From: Escherichia coli
GTDB taxonomy: Bacteria; Pseudomonadota; Gammaproteobacteria; Enterobacterales; Enterobacteriaceae
Length of the DNA stretch: 64,000 nt
Reading direction: 5' to 3' (one strand)
NCBI RefSeq assembly: GCF_030384885.1
Contig: NZ_CP128613.1
This document shows, one piece after another, positions 1-12,861 of this stretch. The position numbers and the translations under genes are program-made. The notes beneath the pieces were generated by a model that ran no database searches, was not told the origin of the DNA, and saw only the letters and a program-made list of their open reading frames with translations. How positions within the stretch are numbered: the stretch's first letter is position 1; each line of letters starts with the position of its first letter.

Positions 1-528
1 TGCTGCTTCAACGGCGGGATATCCTTGCAGCAAGCCGCTGCCGGAGAATGCCCCTATTACCGTACCAAATACCCACGATGACCATGAACTGAAGGCAATG
101 CCGATCATCCAGTTCTCGCTCCAGCGGCGATTATTGCGTACCAGTTTTGCGGTTGCGGCGGCAAAAACCTCATCCGTCAGGCCAAACGCCCACAGGGCAG
201 TTTTCGATTTTTGCAGACGCTGAATAATACGGCTACGCAGTGACGGGCCATACAAAACATGGCGAACATCCATTGCCATGACGGTCAGTGCAGCAACCCA
301 CAAACTACTCCCGGCTGCCAGCATCGCGGTAATGACGAACTGGCTCGCGCCTGCATAAATGATGCAGGAGAAAAAAACGCTTTCGAGAGGAGAGAATCCC
401 AGACGGGTCGCATTCAGACCAAACGCAAAGGCCACCGGAATATAACTAATAACAATCGGTAAACTGTCTTTGCATCCTTCCATGAAGGTCGCCGAACCAG
501 GAGCAGGCTGTGGAGTAGGGCTTTCCAT
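1..528 (-). CDS. ygaZ: AzlC-family exporter subunit YgaZ, N-terminal part (gene runs off the window start)
   Basis: Minus-strand translation from ATG (complement of 526-528) reads MESPTPQPAPGSATFMEGCKDSLPIVISYIPVAFAFG... with no stop before the window edge; sits downstream of ygaY as in E. coli. Confidence 0.7.
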   Translation of the reverse strand, partial: MESPTPQPAPGSATFMEGCKDSLPIVISYIPVAFAFGLNATRLGFSPLESVFFSCIIYAGASQFVITAMLAAGSSLWVAALTVMAMDVRHVLYGPSLRSRIIQRLQKSKTALWAFGLTDEVFAAATAKLVRNNRRWSENWMIGIAFSSWSSWVFGTVIGAFSGSGLLQGYPAVEAA

Positions 529-651
529 AGAGTGTACGCTTAACGATTGTTAATATTATAAATAGACTGAATGAATATCTTAACCTTATCAGACTGATGG
601 GCTTCTTAACACCCTTATAAGTGTAAAGCCACGAAAACGGTTGCTGATTGC

Positions 652-1836
652 TTAAATTGCGGCTTCCTGACGATGAAAACCTCGCCACCAGACCAGTAAG
701 TTAACCAGGGCAATCGTCGCGCCAGCCAGACAAACGCCAGCCCAACCGCCATGTTGCCAGGCTGAGGCTGAAATTAGCGAACCGGCGGCACCGCCAATGA
801 AGTAGCTGGTCATGTAACCTGCGGTCAGGCGATTACGCGCATCAGGGTGTATTCGATAAATTACCGTCTGGTTAGTGATATGCACGCCCTGCACGGTGAG
901 ATCCAGCACCAGGATGCCGATAATCAAGGCCAGTACGGAAGTGTGTCCAAACCAGATAGCCAGCCATGAAAGTAACAGCAGCAGCAGGCCGAAAGTTGTG
1001 GTGAGGTGTGATTTGCCCTTATCGGCAAAACCGCCCGCCGGACGAGCGCCCAACGCTCCGGCAGCTCCCGCGAGTCCAAACAGACCAATTACGCCATCGC
1101 TGTAATTAAAAGGCGGAGCGGCGAGCAAAAAGGCCATTGAGGTCCAGAGAATGCTGAAGTTGGCAAAGGTCAGGCAGCCCAGCAACGCGCGGGTGCGCAG
1201 AATTTTATCGCTGATAAACATGCTGAAAACGGAACCAAGCAACTGTGGGTAGTTGAGGTGGGTTTCTGATTTCATTTGTGGCAGACCACGCCATAATGCC
1301 AGCGCCATCAGTGCCATTAACACCGAGGCAACCCAAAAGACGGTGCGCCAGCCGCCGAGGTTTGCCAGCAACCCGGCAACGGTTCGTGCCAGCAAGATCC
1401 CCAACAGCAGCCCGCTCATAATGGTGCCGACCACTTTGCCGCGTTTGTCCGGTGAAGCCAGCGTCGCTGCCAGCGGAACCAGAATTTGTGCCACGACCGA
1501 GAATAAACCGGTTAATGCCGTACCGAGGATCATCATCGCCAGCGACTGACTGCTGGCGGTAATCAACATACCGCCCGCTGCCAGTAAGGTCATCGAGACA
1601 ATCAGGCGGCGGCGTTCAAACATATCACCGAGGGGAACAAGAAACAGCAGACCTGCGGCATAGCCCAACTGCGCGGCGGTAACAATAAAGCCCGCCGAAC
1701 TGGCGGAAAGGGAAAAGTTACGCGCGATGGTGTCGAGTAATGGCTGGGCGTAATAGTTACTGGCTACCGCCAGACCGGTGGCGATAGACATCAGCACGAT
1801 CAGTGCCGGGCTAAGCTCATGATTAGGTTTAGTCAT
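652..1836 (-). CDS. ygaY: MFS family transporter (394 aa, intact)
   Basis: Long ORF with multiple hydrophobic helices, adjacent to proX; position matches ygaY. Confidence 0.8.
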   Translation of the reverse strand: MTKPNHELSPALIVLMSIATGLAVASNYYAQPLLDTIARNFSLSASSAGFIVTAAQLGYAAGLLFLVPLGDMFERRRLIVSMTLLAAGGMLITASSQSLAMMILGTALTGLFSVVAQILVPLAATLASPDKRGKVVGTIMSGLLLGILLARTVAGLLANLGGWRTVFWVASVLMALMALALWRGLPQMKSETHLNYPQLLGSVFSMFISDKILRTRALLGCLTFANFSILWTSMAFLLAAPPFNYSDGVIGLFGLAGAAGALGARPAGGFADKGKSHLTTTFGLLLLLLSWLAIWFGHTSVLALIIGILVLDLTVQGVHITNQTVIYRIHPDARNRLTAGYMTSYFIGGAAGSLISASAWQHGGWAGVCLAGATIALVNLLVWWRGFHRQEAAI

Positions 1837-2027
1837 TATTTTTGTTCATCAGGTGATGATTAAGCTGGAAATCAATAATAGCGGATGTTGATGAATATGG
1901 GATGAAAGATAGATTGTTGAAATGTGCGGTGTGGTTTGCAGGCATGATAAGACGCGGCCGCGTCGCATCAGGCATTGTGTACAGAGCGGCGGATGAGGCA
2001 AAAGCGCCTTATCCGCCCGAATAAAAA

Positions 2028-3020
2028 TTACTTCTGCGCTGCCAGCGCCTCATTCACCCAGCCATCGAACTGCTGCTGGTGGGCTTTGATCCAGCCATCA
2101 ACGTGGCCCTGGATATCGCCTTCTGAGGCTTTGCCGTCATGCATGATGGCGTTCTGGGCGTTAATGTCTGCCACCGGCAACTGCATAATGGCAAATAGTT
2201 TGGCTGCCGCCGGGTTTTTCTCGGCCCAGGCTTTGTTGGCAACGATATGCATGGTGCTGACCGGGAAGCCATAATTCGCACCATTCGGCAGTTTAGTGTC
2301 GGCGTTTTTATCGCCCGGCAGTGCGGAGAACGGCACCTGCAACCAGACGACATCTTTGCCCGGCTTCAGTTCGTTACTCACCCAGTACGGCGTCCAGGTG
2401 TAGTAAAACACCGGCTTACCCTCTTTGTAACGACTGATGGTGTCAGCCATCATCGCTGCGTAGTTCCCCTGATTATGCGTCACGGTATTGGTCAGTTCAT
2501 ACGCTGCAAGCTGGTGGTTGATCGCACCTTCGCAGCCCCAGCCTGGGTTACAGCCAGTCAAATCTGCTTTACCGTCGCCGTTGGTATCGAACAGTTTGGC
2601 GATCTTCGGATCTTTCAGTTGCGCGATGTTGGTGATTTTGTACTGGTCGGCGGTTTTCTTATCGATCAGGTAACCCTGTGCCGCGCCGTTAACGAATACC
2701 CCTTCACGATAAAATTTCTTATCGCCACCGGCAGCTTCGTACATGTTGTCATGCAGCGGCGTCCAGTTCACGGCGGTGAAGGTTGCATCGCCGGAAGCAA
2801 GTGAGGTGTAGCCAACGTTGTAATCCACTTCGCTGGGTTTATTGACGGTATAACCTAATTTCTCCAGCGCGCGGCTGACCAGCAGCGTCTGGAAAGTTTC
2901 TTCGGTGATGGTGCTCTGAACCGGATTAACAGTAATGCCTTTGCCCGGCAGGTCGGCAGCAAAAGTTTGTGTAGAGATAAGCGTGGCAAACGCTGTCGCA
3001 AAAAGTACGCTATGTCGCAT
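2028..3020 (-). CDS. proX: Glycine betaine/proline ABC transporter periplasmic binding protein ProX
   Basis: Protein from [31 protein letters not shown]... recognisable as ProX with signal peptide; start placed at ATG 3020 rather than the longer ORF-track extension. Confidence 0.9.
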
Positions 3021-3077
3021 TGTTATTCCTTTTTTTGGCAGGGTGATAATGCCCGGCGTCACCGGGCAAGTGCAGAG

Positions 3078-4142
3078 TTACTTAATGAATGGGCGGGTCA
3101 GCAGACCGACAGGGCCAGTGGTGTACCAGCGACGGTTGCCGCGACTGCGTGAGTCGCGCCCAACGGCCTGCGTCAGGCGGTCGAGGATAATGGCGAGGAT
3201 CACAATCCCGACGCCGCCAACGGTGGCAAGGCCCATATCCAGACGACCGATACCGCGTAGTACCATCTGACCCAGCCCGCCGACGGCAATCATCGAGGCG
3301 ATGACCACCATAGAAAGGGCCAGCATCAGCGTCTGGTTAACGCCCGCCATTATGGTCGGCATCGCCAGCGGTAACTGAACTTTGAACAGCATTTGACGCG
3401 GGCTGGCACCGAATGAGCGCGAGGCTTCAATTAAATCCGCCGGAACCTGATTAATACCAAGAATCGTCAGACGGATAATCGGCGGCAGAGCAAAGATTAT
3501 AGTCACCACTACGCCCGGCACGTTGCCGATACCAAACAGCATGACGATTGGCACCAGATAAACAAACGCTGGCGTGGTCTGCATGGCATCAAGCAGTGGA
3601 CGAATAATTTTCGCCGCTCGCGGACTTCTCGCGAGCCAGATCCCCAACGGCAAACCTATGACGATACAGAACAGCAGGGCGGTTAACACCAGCGCCAGGG
3701 TAACCATGGCCTGCGACCAGGCACCGATTGCGCCGATGGCAATCAGCGAAACCAGCGTCGCCACGCCCATTCCGACCCCGGAAATCTGCCAGGCGATGAG
3801 AGCGAAAACGATAATCGCCACCGGCGCGGGCATACCCAGCAGCAATTGCTGGAAACCGTTGAGGATGTAATCGACCGGAACGCGCACGCCCTGAAAGACG
3901 GGACGAAAATGGGTAACGACCCAGTCGATCCCTTCAGTGACCCAACTGTCGAGCGGGATCAGCGTTTTATGGAACGGATCGAGAATATTAAAATGTTCGA
4001 CATTTGGCGCAGGCGTACTGGTCAGCCAGTCAGCGCCACCGCCGTCAGTCGGTGCAGTCGCCGGTGTACCCCAGGCGTCTGCGGATTGTGCAGCACTGTC
4101 CGCCGCTGGCGTGGTATCCCACGGATTATTTTGATCAGCCAT
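3078..4142 (-). CDS. proW: Glycine betaine/proline ABC transporter permease ProW
   Basis: 354-aa membrane protein with ABC permease signature, between proV and proX. Confidence 0.9.
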   Translation of the reverse strand: MADQNNPWDTTPAADSAAQSADAWGTPATAPTDGGGADWLTSTPAPNVEHFNILDPFHKTLIPLDSWVTEGIDWVVTHFRPVFQGVRVPVDYILNGFQQLLLGMPAPVAIIVFALIAWQISGVGMGVATLVSLIAIGAIGAWSQAMVTLALVLTALLFCIVIGLPLGIWLARSPRAAKIIRPLLDAMQTTPAFVYLVPIVMLFGIGNVPGVVVTIIFALPPIIRLTILGINQVPADLIEASRSFGASPRQMLFKVQLPLAMPTIMAGVNQTLMLALSMVVIASMIAVGGLGQMVLRGIGRLDMGLATVGGVGIVILAIILDRLTQAVGRDSRSRGNRRWYTTGPVGLLTRPFIK

Positions 4143-5337
4143 TATTTACCCCCTCACGATCTAAAGCGCGCAGCAGCATTCCTTTCGAAATGATGCCGAC
4201 ATACTGTTGGTCCTCGTCGACCACGGGCACCGCACAGGGCGCTTGTCCGACATGAGAGAGCAACTCGCTAAGAGGCGTTTGCGCATCGACTGCTAATGGT
4301 GCATCAATCAGCGCCGCATCAAGACCTTGCTGCTGCGTTAACGCGGTTTTAAGCGAATCGATAGACACAGCGCCGACAAACTTATTACCGCGTTCGATAA
4401 CGTAGCCATATTCGCGGTCTTCATCCTGCAATAATTTCAATGCCGAACGTGGGCCGAAGCCAGGGGTTTTACGAATTAAGCCATTCGGTGTCCGACGGGC
4501 AATATCTTTCGCACTGAATACCTGACTAATATCAACGCCACGGAAGAAGGTACGGACATAATCATTCGCCGGATTATTGAGAATTTCATCCGGTGTGCCA
4601 ACCTGCACCACTTCACCATTTTGCATAATGGCAATTCGGTCGCCAATACGCATAGCTTCGTCGAGATCGTGAGAAATAAAGACAATGGTACGTTGATGTT
4701 TCGCCTGTAATTTTACCAGCTCATCCTGCATCTCAGTGCGAATTAATGGATCAAGCGCCGAGAAGGCTTCGTCCATTAATAATATATCCGGATTAATTGC
4801 TAATGCGCGTGCTAATCCGACGCGTTGACGCATCCCACCAGAGAGCTCGTCCGGGTAGCTATGGGCATAATTTTCCAGCCCGACCTGACGCAGTGCATCA
4901 AGGGCTTTTTCCCGACGTTCTTCGGCATTAATTCCGGCCAATTCCATACCGAATGCAGTATTGTCCAGCACGGTCATATGCGGCATTAAGGCAAAGGACT
5001 GGAAGACCATCGCAATCTTTTTTCTGCGCACCTCACGGAGTTCGGCGTCGGATATTTTGGCAATATCCACACCATCAATCAGCACTTGCCCGCGGGTGGG
5101 TTCAATCAGGCGATTGAGAAGGCGTACCATTGTGGATTTACCCGAACCGGATAATCCCATGATGACAAATATCTCGCCTTCTTCAATGGCCAGACTGGCG
5201 TCTTTTACGCCAAGCGATAGCCCGGTTTTTTCCAGAATTTGTTCTTTTGAAAGTCCTTGTTCGATATATTTGAACGCTCGCTGAGGATGCTCGCCAAATA
5301 TTTTATAGAGATTTTTAATTTCTAATTTAATTGCCAT
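4135..5337 (-). CDS. proV: Glycine betaine/proline ABC transporter ATPase ProV
   Basis: Walker [13 protein letters not shown] signature [16 protein letters not shown]-terminal CBS region; 400 aa. Confidence 0.92.
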   Translation of the reverse strand: MAIKLEIKNLYKIFGEHPQRAFKYIEQGLSKEQILEKTGLSLGVKDASLAIEEGEIFVIMGLSGSGKSTMVRLLNRLIEPTRGQVLIDGVDIAKISDAELREVRRKKIAMVFQSFALMPHMTVLDNTAFGMELAGINAEERREKALDALRQVGLENYAHSYPDELSGGMRQRVGLARALAINPDILLMDEAFSALDPLIRTEMQDELVKLQAKHQRTIVFISHDLDEAMRIGDRIAIMQNGEVVQVGTPDEILNNPANDYVRTFFRGVDISQVFSAKDIARRTPNGLIRKTPGFGPRSALKLLQDEDREYGYVIERGNKFVGAVSIDSLKTALTQQQGLDAALIDAPLAVDAQTPLSELLSHVGQAPCAVPVVDEDQQYVGIISKGMLLRALDREGVNNG

Positions 5338-5692
5338 GCAATAGAAAGATTCCTGTTATTTGTTTATGTCGATACATTACCCAATGGAAATAGTCACTTT
5401 TTTCTACCCTAACATACTGAGAATCTGAGGCAACCCCTGATGGTAAATGTGGCATGAATATTGATGCGAGCAAATCGCCGGAATTTCCCGTGATATAAGG
5501 GCTGAGAGCGAATCGAGAAAAGTTGATATTTTTTGTCATAGATAGCGAAAAAACGCCTGAATATTGTGGTTTCAGGCGAATAATGCAACAGAGTATCAGT
5601 GTAGATCACCACAAAATATTTGCGTGATAAAAAGCTATTTGGCAGGAATTATTTCCCTACTGTGGTTGGTGATATTTTTGAAAATAACACAC
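5338..5692 (-). promoter_or_regulatory. proU (proVWX) upstream promoter region
   Basis: AT-rich intergenic region upstream of proV; osmoregulated proU promoters are known to lie here; individual -10/-35 elements not resolved by eye. Confidence 0.35.
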
Positions 5693-6661
<969 letters not shown>

Positions 6662-8806
6662 TTAAAGCGCGCAGGAGACGCAGCCTTCAATTTCAGTACC
6701 TTCCAGCGCCATCTGACGCAGGCGGATGTAGTAGAGCGTTTTGATACCTTTGCGCCAGGCGTAAATCTGCGCTTTGTTGATATCGCGAGTGGTGGCGGTA
6801 TCGGGGAAAAACAGTGTCAGCGACAGCCCCTGATCGACATGGCGAGTCGCTTCGGCGTAGGTGTCGATGATCTTTGCTGCGCCGATTTCGTAAGCGTCCT
6901 GATACAGCGCCAGATTCTCGTTAGTCATAAACGGGGCAGGGTAGTAAACGCGTCCTGTTTTGCCCTCTTTGCGTATCTCTACTTTCGCCACAATCGGATG
7001 AATACTCGACGTGGCATGGTTGATATAAGAGATGGAACCGGTTGGCGGCACCGCCTGGAGATTTTGGTTGTATATGCCATAGCGCATCACGTCGTCGCGC
7101 AGCTGCGCCCACATCTCACGGGTAGGTAACGTAATACCGCTGCGGGCAAACAGTTCGCCAACTTTCGCCGTTTTCGGCTGCCAGTTCCCTTGCAGATATT
7201 GGCTGAAATATTCACCATTGGCATAGCGTGACTGTTTGAACCCGGCGAAGGTTTCACTGCGTTCGCGCGCCAGCAACATCGAGGTACGCAGTGCGTGCCA
7301 GGTGATGGTATAGAAATAGAGATTGGTGAAATCCAGTGCTTCCGGCGAACCATAGGCGATGCCTTCTCGCGCCAGATAACCGTGTAAATTCATCTGCCCC
7401 AGACCGATAGCGTGTGAGGCGGCATTTCCGGCTTCGATGGACGGCACGCTGCGAATATGACTCATATCTGACACCGCAGTTAAACCGCGCACGGCGATCT
7501 CTACCGTGCGGGCAAAGTCGGGGGAATCCATGGTGTGGGCAATATTCAACGAACCTAAATTGCAGGAAATATCATGGCCTGTGCGGGCATAGTCGAGATT
7601 CTCGTCATACTCTGAGGCGCTGTTAACCTGTAAAATTTCTGAGCAGAGATTGCTCATATTTATGCGCCCGGCGATAGGGTTAGCACGGTTAACCGTGTCT
7701 TCATACATGATGTAGGGATAGCCGGACTCAAACTGGATTTCTGCCAGTCGCTGGAAGAAATCACGGGCGTTGATGTATTTTTTGCGGATTCGCTCATCGG
7801 CAACCAGTTCGTCATAGTGTTCACTGATGGCGATATCGGCAAACGGCTTGCCATAAACACGCTCAACGTCATAGGGCGAAAACAGTGCCATCTGCGCATT
7901 CTCTTTTGCCAGATGGAAGGTGATATCCGGGATAACCACGCCCAGCGACAGCGCTTTAATGCGGATTTTCTCGTCGGCATTTTCCCGCTTTGTATCGAGA
8001 AAACGCAGAATATCGGGATGATGGGCATGTAAATAGACTGCGCCAGCACCCTGACGAGCGCCGAGCTGGTTGGCATAGGAAAATGCGTCCTCCAGCATTT
8101 TCATCACCGGAATCACGCCAGAAGATTGATTTTCAATACGTTTAATTGGCGCGCCCGCTTCCCGCAGATTCGACAGCAAAAATGCCACGCCGCCGCCGCG
8201 TTTCGACAGTTGTAGTGCGGAATTTACCGCCCGGCCAATCGACTCCATATTGTCTTCAATACGCAGCAAAAAACAGGAAACCAGTTCGCCGCGCTGCCGC
8301 TTACCGCAGTTGAGGAATGTCGGTGTTGCAGGCTGAAAGCGTCCTGACAGCATCTCATCGGTCAGTTGCGTAGCCAGTGTTTTATCGCCTTGTGCCAGCG
8401 TCAGCGCCACCATCGTGACTCGATCGGCAAAATCTTCCAGATAATGCTTACCGTCGAATGTCTTCAACGTATAGCTGGTGTAAAACTTCCATGCTCCGAG
8501 GAATGTCTGAAAACGAAAACCGCTGGCGTGTGCGTGGGCAAACAGCGTAATGACAAAATCGCGAGAGTAGCGGTTGAGGACGTTTTCATCATAGTAACCT
8601 TCGTTGACCAGCCAGTTCAGGCGCTGCTGCTGGCTACTGAAGGTCACACTGTTCGGACGCACATGTGTCGCCATAAAGGCGTCAACGGCCTGGCGATCTT
8701 TATCGAACTGAATGCGACCTGCGCTATCGTAAAGGTTAAGCATCGCATTCAGAGCGTGGTAATCCATCGTTTCCTGCGTCAGGCGTTCTGCGGTTGTCGT
8801 TGCCAA
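6662..8806 (-). CDS. nrdE: Class Ib ribonucleotide reductase alpha subunit NrdE
   Basis: 714-aa protein with RNR catalytic motifs (NLCSEI region, C-terminal CVSCAL). Confidence 0.92.
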
Positions 8807-9189
8807 AATTCGGTTACTCCTTTACGAACGTTTTCGATATCGCTTTGCGTACCCATGAGTTCAAAGCGGTACAGCCACGGCACGCCGCATTTCCGGGCAA
8901 TCACATCTCCGGCGCGGCCATACGCCTCACCAAAGTTGCGATTACCCGAAGCAATAACGCCGCGAAGCAACGCCCGGTTATGCTCGTCGTTTAAAAAGCG
9001 AATGACCTGTCGTGGCACCGCGCCAGCTGTACCGCCGCCGCCGTAAGAGGGCACGATCAGGATGTAAGGCTCGTCTACCTGAATCCGTTCCCGCTCATTG
9101 AGCGGGATGCGCACCGCGGGCAGCCCTAAACGTTCGATAAAACGCTGCGTATTTTCGGAGCTGCTGGAAAAGTAGACGAGCTGGCTCAT
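8779..9189 (-). CDS. nrdI: Flavodoxin-like NrdI
   Basis: 136-aa ORF overlapping nrdE start, begins [17 protein letters not shown]. Confidence 0.9.
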
Positions 9190-9431
9190 GCACTGGCCGC
9201 GTGTGGCGCTGAATGCAGACGATTGATCATGTCCGGGCGGAAACCAGACCAGCTAAGATCGCCTGCAATCACTACCGGCAACTGACGAAAGCCCTGAGCA
9301 CGTAACGCTTCCGCCGCTTCAGGAACGCGATCGACATTAATCATTTCAAAATCAAAGCCCCGGTTTTCCATCGCCCGTTTGGTGGCGTGGCACTGAACGC
9401 AATCGTTACGAGTGTAAATAGTAATGCGCAT
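9186..9431 (-). CDS. nrdH: Glutaredoxin-like protein NrdH
   Basis: 81-aa ORF with CVQC redox motif, translationally coupled to nrdI. Confidence 0.9.
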
Positions 9432-9639
9432 GATTCGTATTTCCGTTTAAAATGAAGATACGGCGCGATGATACGCGTCGGGTTGTCTCTCTGCTGATAC
9501 AGAGATACTAGATGTAGTTGAAAAAAGATTCAACCATACAAGATATGGGAATTTTAGATTGATTACACCACCGATGAATGGCTCAACGGGGTAGGGGATT
9601 TTGTGTTTTTTTGCCGGGCGATTGCCCGGCATCAGGAAG

Positions 9640-10071
9640 TTACATCCGCATGGAAACGGCCAGGCGGTTAAAGCAATTCATCAGCCCGATGGCAAATGTT
9701 AAGTCGCTGATTTCTGCTGCGCTGAAATGCTCAAGCAAAGGCTGATAAACGTCGTCCTCCGCATGGGTTCGGGCAATATCGGTCACCGATTCCGCCCATG
9801 CCAGCGCCGCCCGCTCGCGATCGTCAAAATGATGGCTTACGCGCCAGCCTGCCAGGGCATCCAGCTTATGCTGCGGCACACCGGATTTGCGTAATGCTTT
9901 GCTGTGCATCTCCAGACAAAATGCGCAACCATTGATTTGCGAGACGCGCAAATAAACTAACTCCATCAGCGTAGTTTCCAGCGTGCTATTTTCCAGCGCC
10001 GTTTTGGCCTGCACCAGCGCGTTATATACCGTTGGGCTAAGTTCGTAGTAAGGCTGACGTAATGTAGTCAT
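9640..10071 (-). CDS. Carboxymuconolactone decarboxylase / AhpD-like family protein
   Basis: 143-aa protein with CxxC-containing motif (NGCAFCLEMH) typical of the AhpD/CMD fold; divergent from the adjacent MocR-like regulator. Confidence 0.7.
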   Translation of the reverse strand: MTTLRQPYYELSPTVYNALVQAKTALENSTLETTLMELVYLRVSQINGCAFCLEMHSKALRKSGVPQHKLDALAGWRVSHHFDDRERAALAWAESVTDIARTHAEDDVYQPLLEHFSAAEISDLTFAIGLMNCFNRLAVSMRM

Positions 10072-10158
10072 ACAGTTTCTCCTCTTATTAACGCCCGCAA
10101 TGTAGCACTATAATGGACTGCTAAAGAGAGCCATAAATTACCTAAAAAAGCAGACCAT

Positions 10159-11493
10159 ATGCCGCGCTATCAGGATATCGCCCGTCAGTTAAAAACGGCT
10201 ATTGAGCAAGGGGAACTGAAACCCGGCGCAAGGCTACCTTCAAGTCGTACCTGGTCGCAGGAACTGGGGGTGTCTCGATCCACTGTCGAAAATGCGTATG
10301 CTGAGCTGGTGGCGCAAGGATGGCTGATCAGGCGGGGACAGGCTGGCACATTTGTCAGTGAGCAGATATATCCGCAACAATCTACTGTACAAGTTGTGGC
10401 TTTTGCCGGTGAAAGTCAGCAACCGTTGCCATTTCAAATGGGATTACCCGCACTCGATCTCTTTCCGCGAGAGCTGTGGGCGCGGGTGATGGGGCGTCGC
10501 CTTCGTACCCAGACGCGCTTTGATTTGGCGTTAGGCGATGTCTGCGGTGAGGCGGCGTTGCGTGAGGCAATAGTTGATTACTTACGCGTTTCACGTGGGA
10601 TTGATTGTCAGCCAGAGCAGGTCTTTATCACTCACGGTTATGCGGCCTCAATGGCTTTAATTCTGCACGCGCTGGCGAAACCGGGAAACGGGATGTGGAT
10701 GGAAGATCCCGGCTTTCCACTGATTCGCCCGATTGTCACTCGCCACGGTGTGGAAATTTTGCCTGTGCCGGTTGATGACAACGGACTGGATATCACAAGA
10801 GGAATACAAAATTATCCTGATGCGTGTTTTGCCCTGATAACACCAGCACACCAAAGCCCGCTGGGTGTGGCGCTCTCTTTAGCGCGCAGGCATCAGATAC
10901 TGGAATGGGCAGAGCGTAGTCAGGCATGGATTATTGAAGATGATTATGACAGTGAGTTTCGCTATCACGGTAAGCCGTTACCGGCGTTAAAAAGTCTCGA
11001 TGCACCGCAGCGGGTAATTTATGCCGGAACATTCAGCAAAGCACTATTTCCTGCATTGCGCTGTGCGTGGCTGGTGGTGCCGGTGAAGCAAATTGCACAA
11101 TTCCGCCACCAGGCGTCACTGGCTCCATGTGCGGTACCTGTTCTATGGCAGAACACACTGGCAGACTTTCTTCGCGAGGGGCATTTCTGGCGGCATCTGA
11201 AGAAAATGCGTCAGCATTATGCTCAACGTCGGCAATGGATTGAGCAAGCGTTGACGCAGCAGGGATTTCAGGTTGTGCCGCAGAAAGGTGGTATCCAGAT
11301 GGTGATCAGAATGATGGGCGATGATATTGCCCATGCGCGTAAAGCCAATGCTGCAGGCCTTGCGGTGCAGGCACTTAGCGACTGGCGTATCCGCTCAAGT
11401 GGGGAAGGTGGATTACTTCTCTCTTTTACCAATATCGTTAACGAAGGTATGGCGCGACAGGTAGCACAACAATTACGTAAAGCCTTAAGCTAA
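10159..11493 (+). CDS. MocR/GabR-type transcriptional regulator (GntR HTH fused to PLP-dependent aminotransferase-like domain)
   Basis: 444 aa; N-terminal GntR-like region (LPSSRTWSQELGVSRSTVENAYAEL) and C-terminal aminotransferase-like region (FSKALFPALRCAWLVVP). Confidence 0.75.
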   Translation: MPRYQDIARQLKTAIEQGELKPGARLPSSRTWSQELGVSRSTVENAYAELVAQGWLIRRGQAGTFVSEQIYPQQSTVQVVAFAGESQQPLPFQMGLPALDLFPRELWARVMGRRLRTQTRFDLALGDVCGEAALREAIVDYLRVSRGIDCQPEQVFITHGYAASMALILHALAKPGNGMWMEDPGFPLIRPIVTRHGVEILPVPVDDNGLDITRGIQNYPDACFALITPAHQSPLGVALSLARRHQILEWAERSQAWIIEDDYDSEFRYHGKPLPALKSLDAPQRVIYAGTFSKALFPALRCAWLVVPVKQIAQFRHQASLAPCAVPVLWQNTLADFLREGHFWRHLKKMRQHYAQRRQWIEQALTQQGFQVVPQKGGIQMVIRMMGDDIAHARKANAAGLAVQALSDWRIRSSGEGGLLLSFTNIVNEGMARQVAQQLRKALS

Positions 11494-11518
11494 AAAACCC
11501 CGAAATCAGGCTTCGGGG
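11492..11518. terminator. Bidirectional rho-independent terminator between MocR-like gene and ygaM
   Basis: Hairpin CCCCGAA-loop-TTCGGGG flanked by an A-tract on the plus strand (T-tract on minus). Confidence 0.55.
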
Positions 11519-11549
11519 TCAAAGACGCGTATTTATTATCATTGTTGCA

Positions 11550-11879
11550 CTACGATTTGCGCATGCTTAACAGTGCGCCGATAAAAATACCTACCGCAGC
11601 TGCTGTACCCACGCTACACCAGGGTCTTTCACGAACAAAAGAATCCGCGCAGCCAACGGCATCGCGCGCGGCTTGCTGGACGCGAGTACGACCATGCATT
11701 CGCGCTCTGGTTTCTTTCAGTAGAGCCTGCGCTTTACTACGAGCGGCTTCGGCTTCCCCTTTGGCGTCGCTGCCCCAGGACTTCAATACAGACTCGAGAC
11801 TGTCAGCCAATTGATTGACATCATTCTGGATATCCTGCACGCCATCATCAACGTCGTTGCGGTTCGGTCGGTTAAACAT
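11550..11879 (-). CDS. ygaM: DUF883 membrane-anchored ribosome-associated protein YgaM
   Basis: Protein MFNRPNRNDVDDGVQDIQNDV... with C-terminal TM segment; start chosen at the internal Met of the 113-aa ORF. Confidence 0.8.
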   Translation of the reverse strand: MFNRPNRNDVDDGVQDIQNDVNQLADSLESVLKSWGSDAKGEAEAARSKAQALLKETRARMHGRTRVQQAARDAVGCADSFVRERPWCSVGTAAAVGIFIGALLSMRKS

Positions 11880-12030
11880 ATGATCCCCCATTAGAATTCG
11901 ATGTAATTTTCAGTGTAGACCATAATTTTCTTAACTGAGGTTCATCGCGGCTTTATGGACTTTTCTGAAAGCGTTGTGAATGCGCAATCAGGTAAGGTAG
12001 GACCGCAGTTGATAATAACGAGGATCAAAT

Positions 12031-12375
12031 ATGTATTTACGACCAGACGAGGTGGCGCGCGTACTTGAAAAAGTCGGTTTTACTGTCGATGTGGTAACCC
12101 AGAAAGCTTATGGCTACCGCCGTGGGGAAAATTATGTCTATGTTAATCGCGAAGCGCGAATGGGACGTACCGCCCTGGTGATTCATCCAACATTAAAAGA
12201 ACGTAGTTCAACACTGGCTGAACCCGCTTCCGATATTAAAACGTGCGACCATTACCAGCAATTTCCGCTCTATTTAGCGGGTGAACGTCATGAGCATTAC
12301 GGTATCCCACATGGCTTTAGTTCGCGTGTTGCGCTTGAACGTTATTTGAATGGTTTATTTGGCGAAGCCAGTTAA
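12031..12375 (+). CDS. ygaC: Uncharacterized protein YgaC
   Basis: 114-aa ORF at the conserved position between ygaM and alaE. Confidence 0.8.
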
Positions 12376-12411
12376 AGACGCGACTGGCGATGCCAGTCGC
12401 GAAAAGAAGGG

Positions 12412-12861
12412 TCAGGCTTTTACCTGCTGGTAACGGCTGACTTTAAACAGTCGGCGGCAATAATCGAGGAAGTAGCCATAAACCGCCCCCATCAACATCG
12501 AAACAACGATGTTTGAACTGACCGCCGCCATAATCTGATGCCAGTCTGCGCCCACCACTAACAAGATCGCCACATACACCGGTGACTGGAACGTCACATA
12601 CGCCAGGATATCCGCCAGATTTTTTACCCAGCCCGACGGACTAACTTTGCGTGCCGCGCGCATAAACAGATCGCGGTACATACCGTATGGCCATGCAATT
12701 AAGATGTTTACCGGAATCGCTACCAATCTGGAATAAATAGACTGTTCGAAGCTCATTCCGGAGAGGAAAACTTCAATACACATGTTCACGACAGAACAGT
12801 AAACAACCATCGCGAACGTATCTGCAACTGCATGACGCAAGCGTGACTGCGGTGAGAACAT
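12412..12861 (-). CDS. alaE: L-alanine exporter AlaE
   Basis: 149-aa small membrane protein at the position of alaE (ygaW). Confidence 0.85.
   Translation of the reverse strand: MFSPQSRLRHAVADTFAMVVYCSVVNMCIEVFLSGMSFEQSIYSRLVAIPVNILIAWPYGMYRDLFMRAARKVSPSGWVKNLADILAYVTFQSPVYVAILLVVGADWHQIMAAVSSNIVVSMLMGAVYGYFLDYCRRLFKVSRYQQVKA

Noticed and set aside
2247-2804. 185-aa plus-strand ORF
   Set aside because: Lies entirely antisense within proX; typical antisense shadow ORF.
5327-5612. Small minus-strand ORFs (70 and 67 aa) upstream of proV
   Set aside because: They fall in the known proU regulatory region and have no RBS or conservation signal; likely non-coding.
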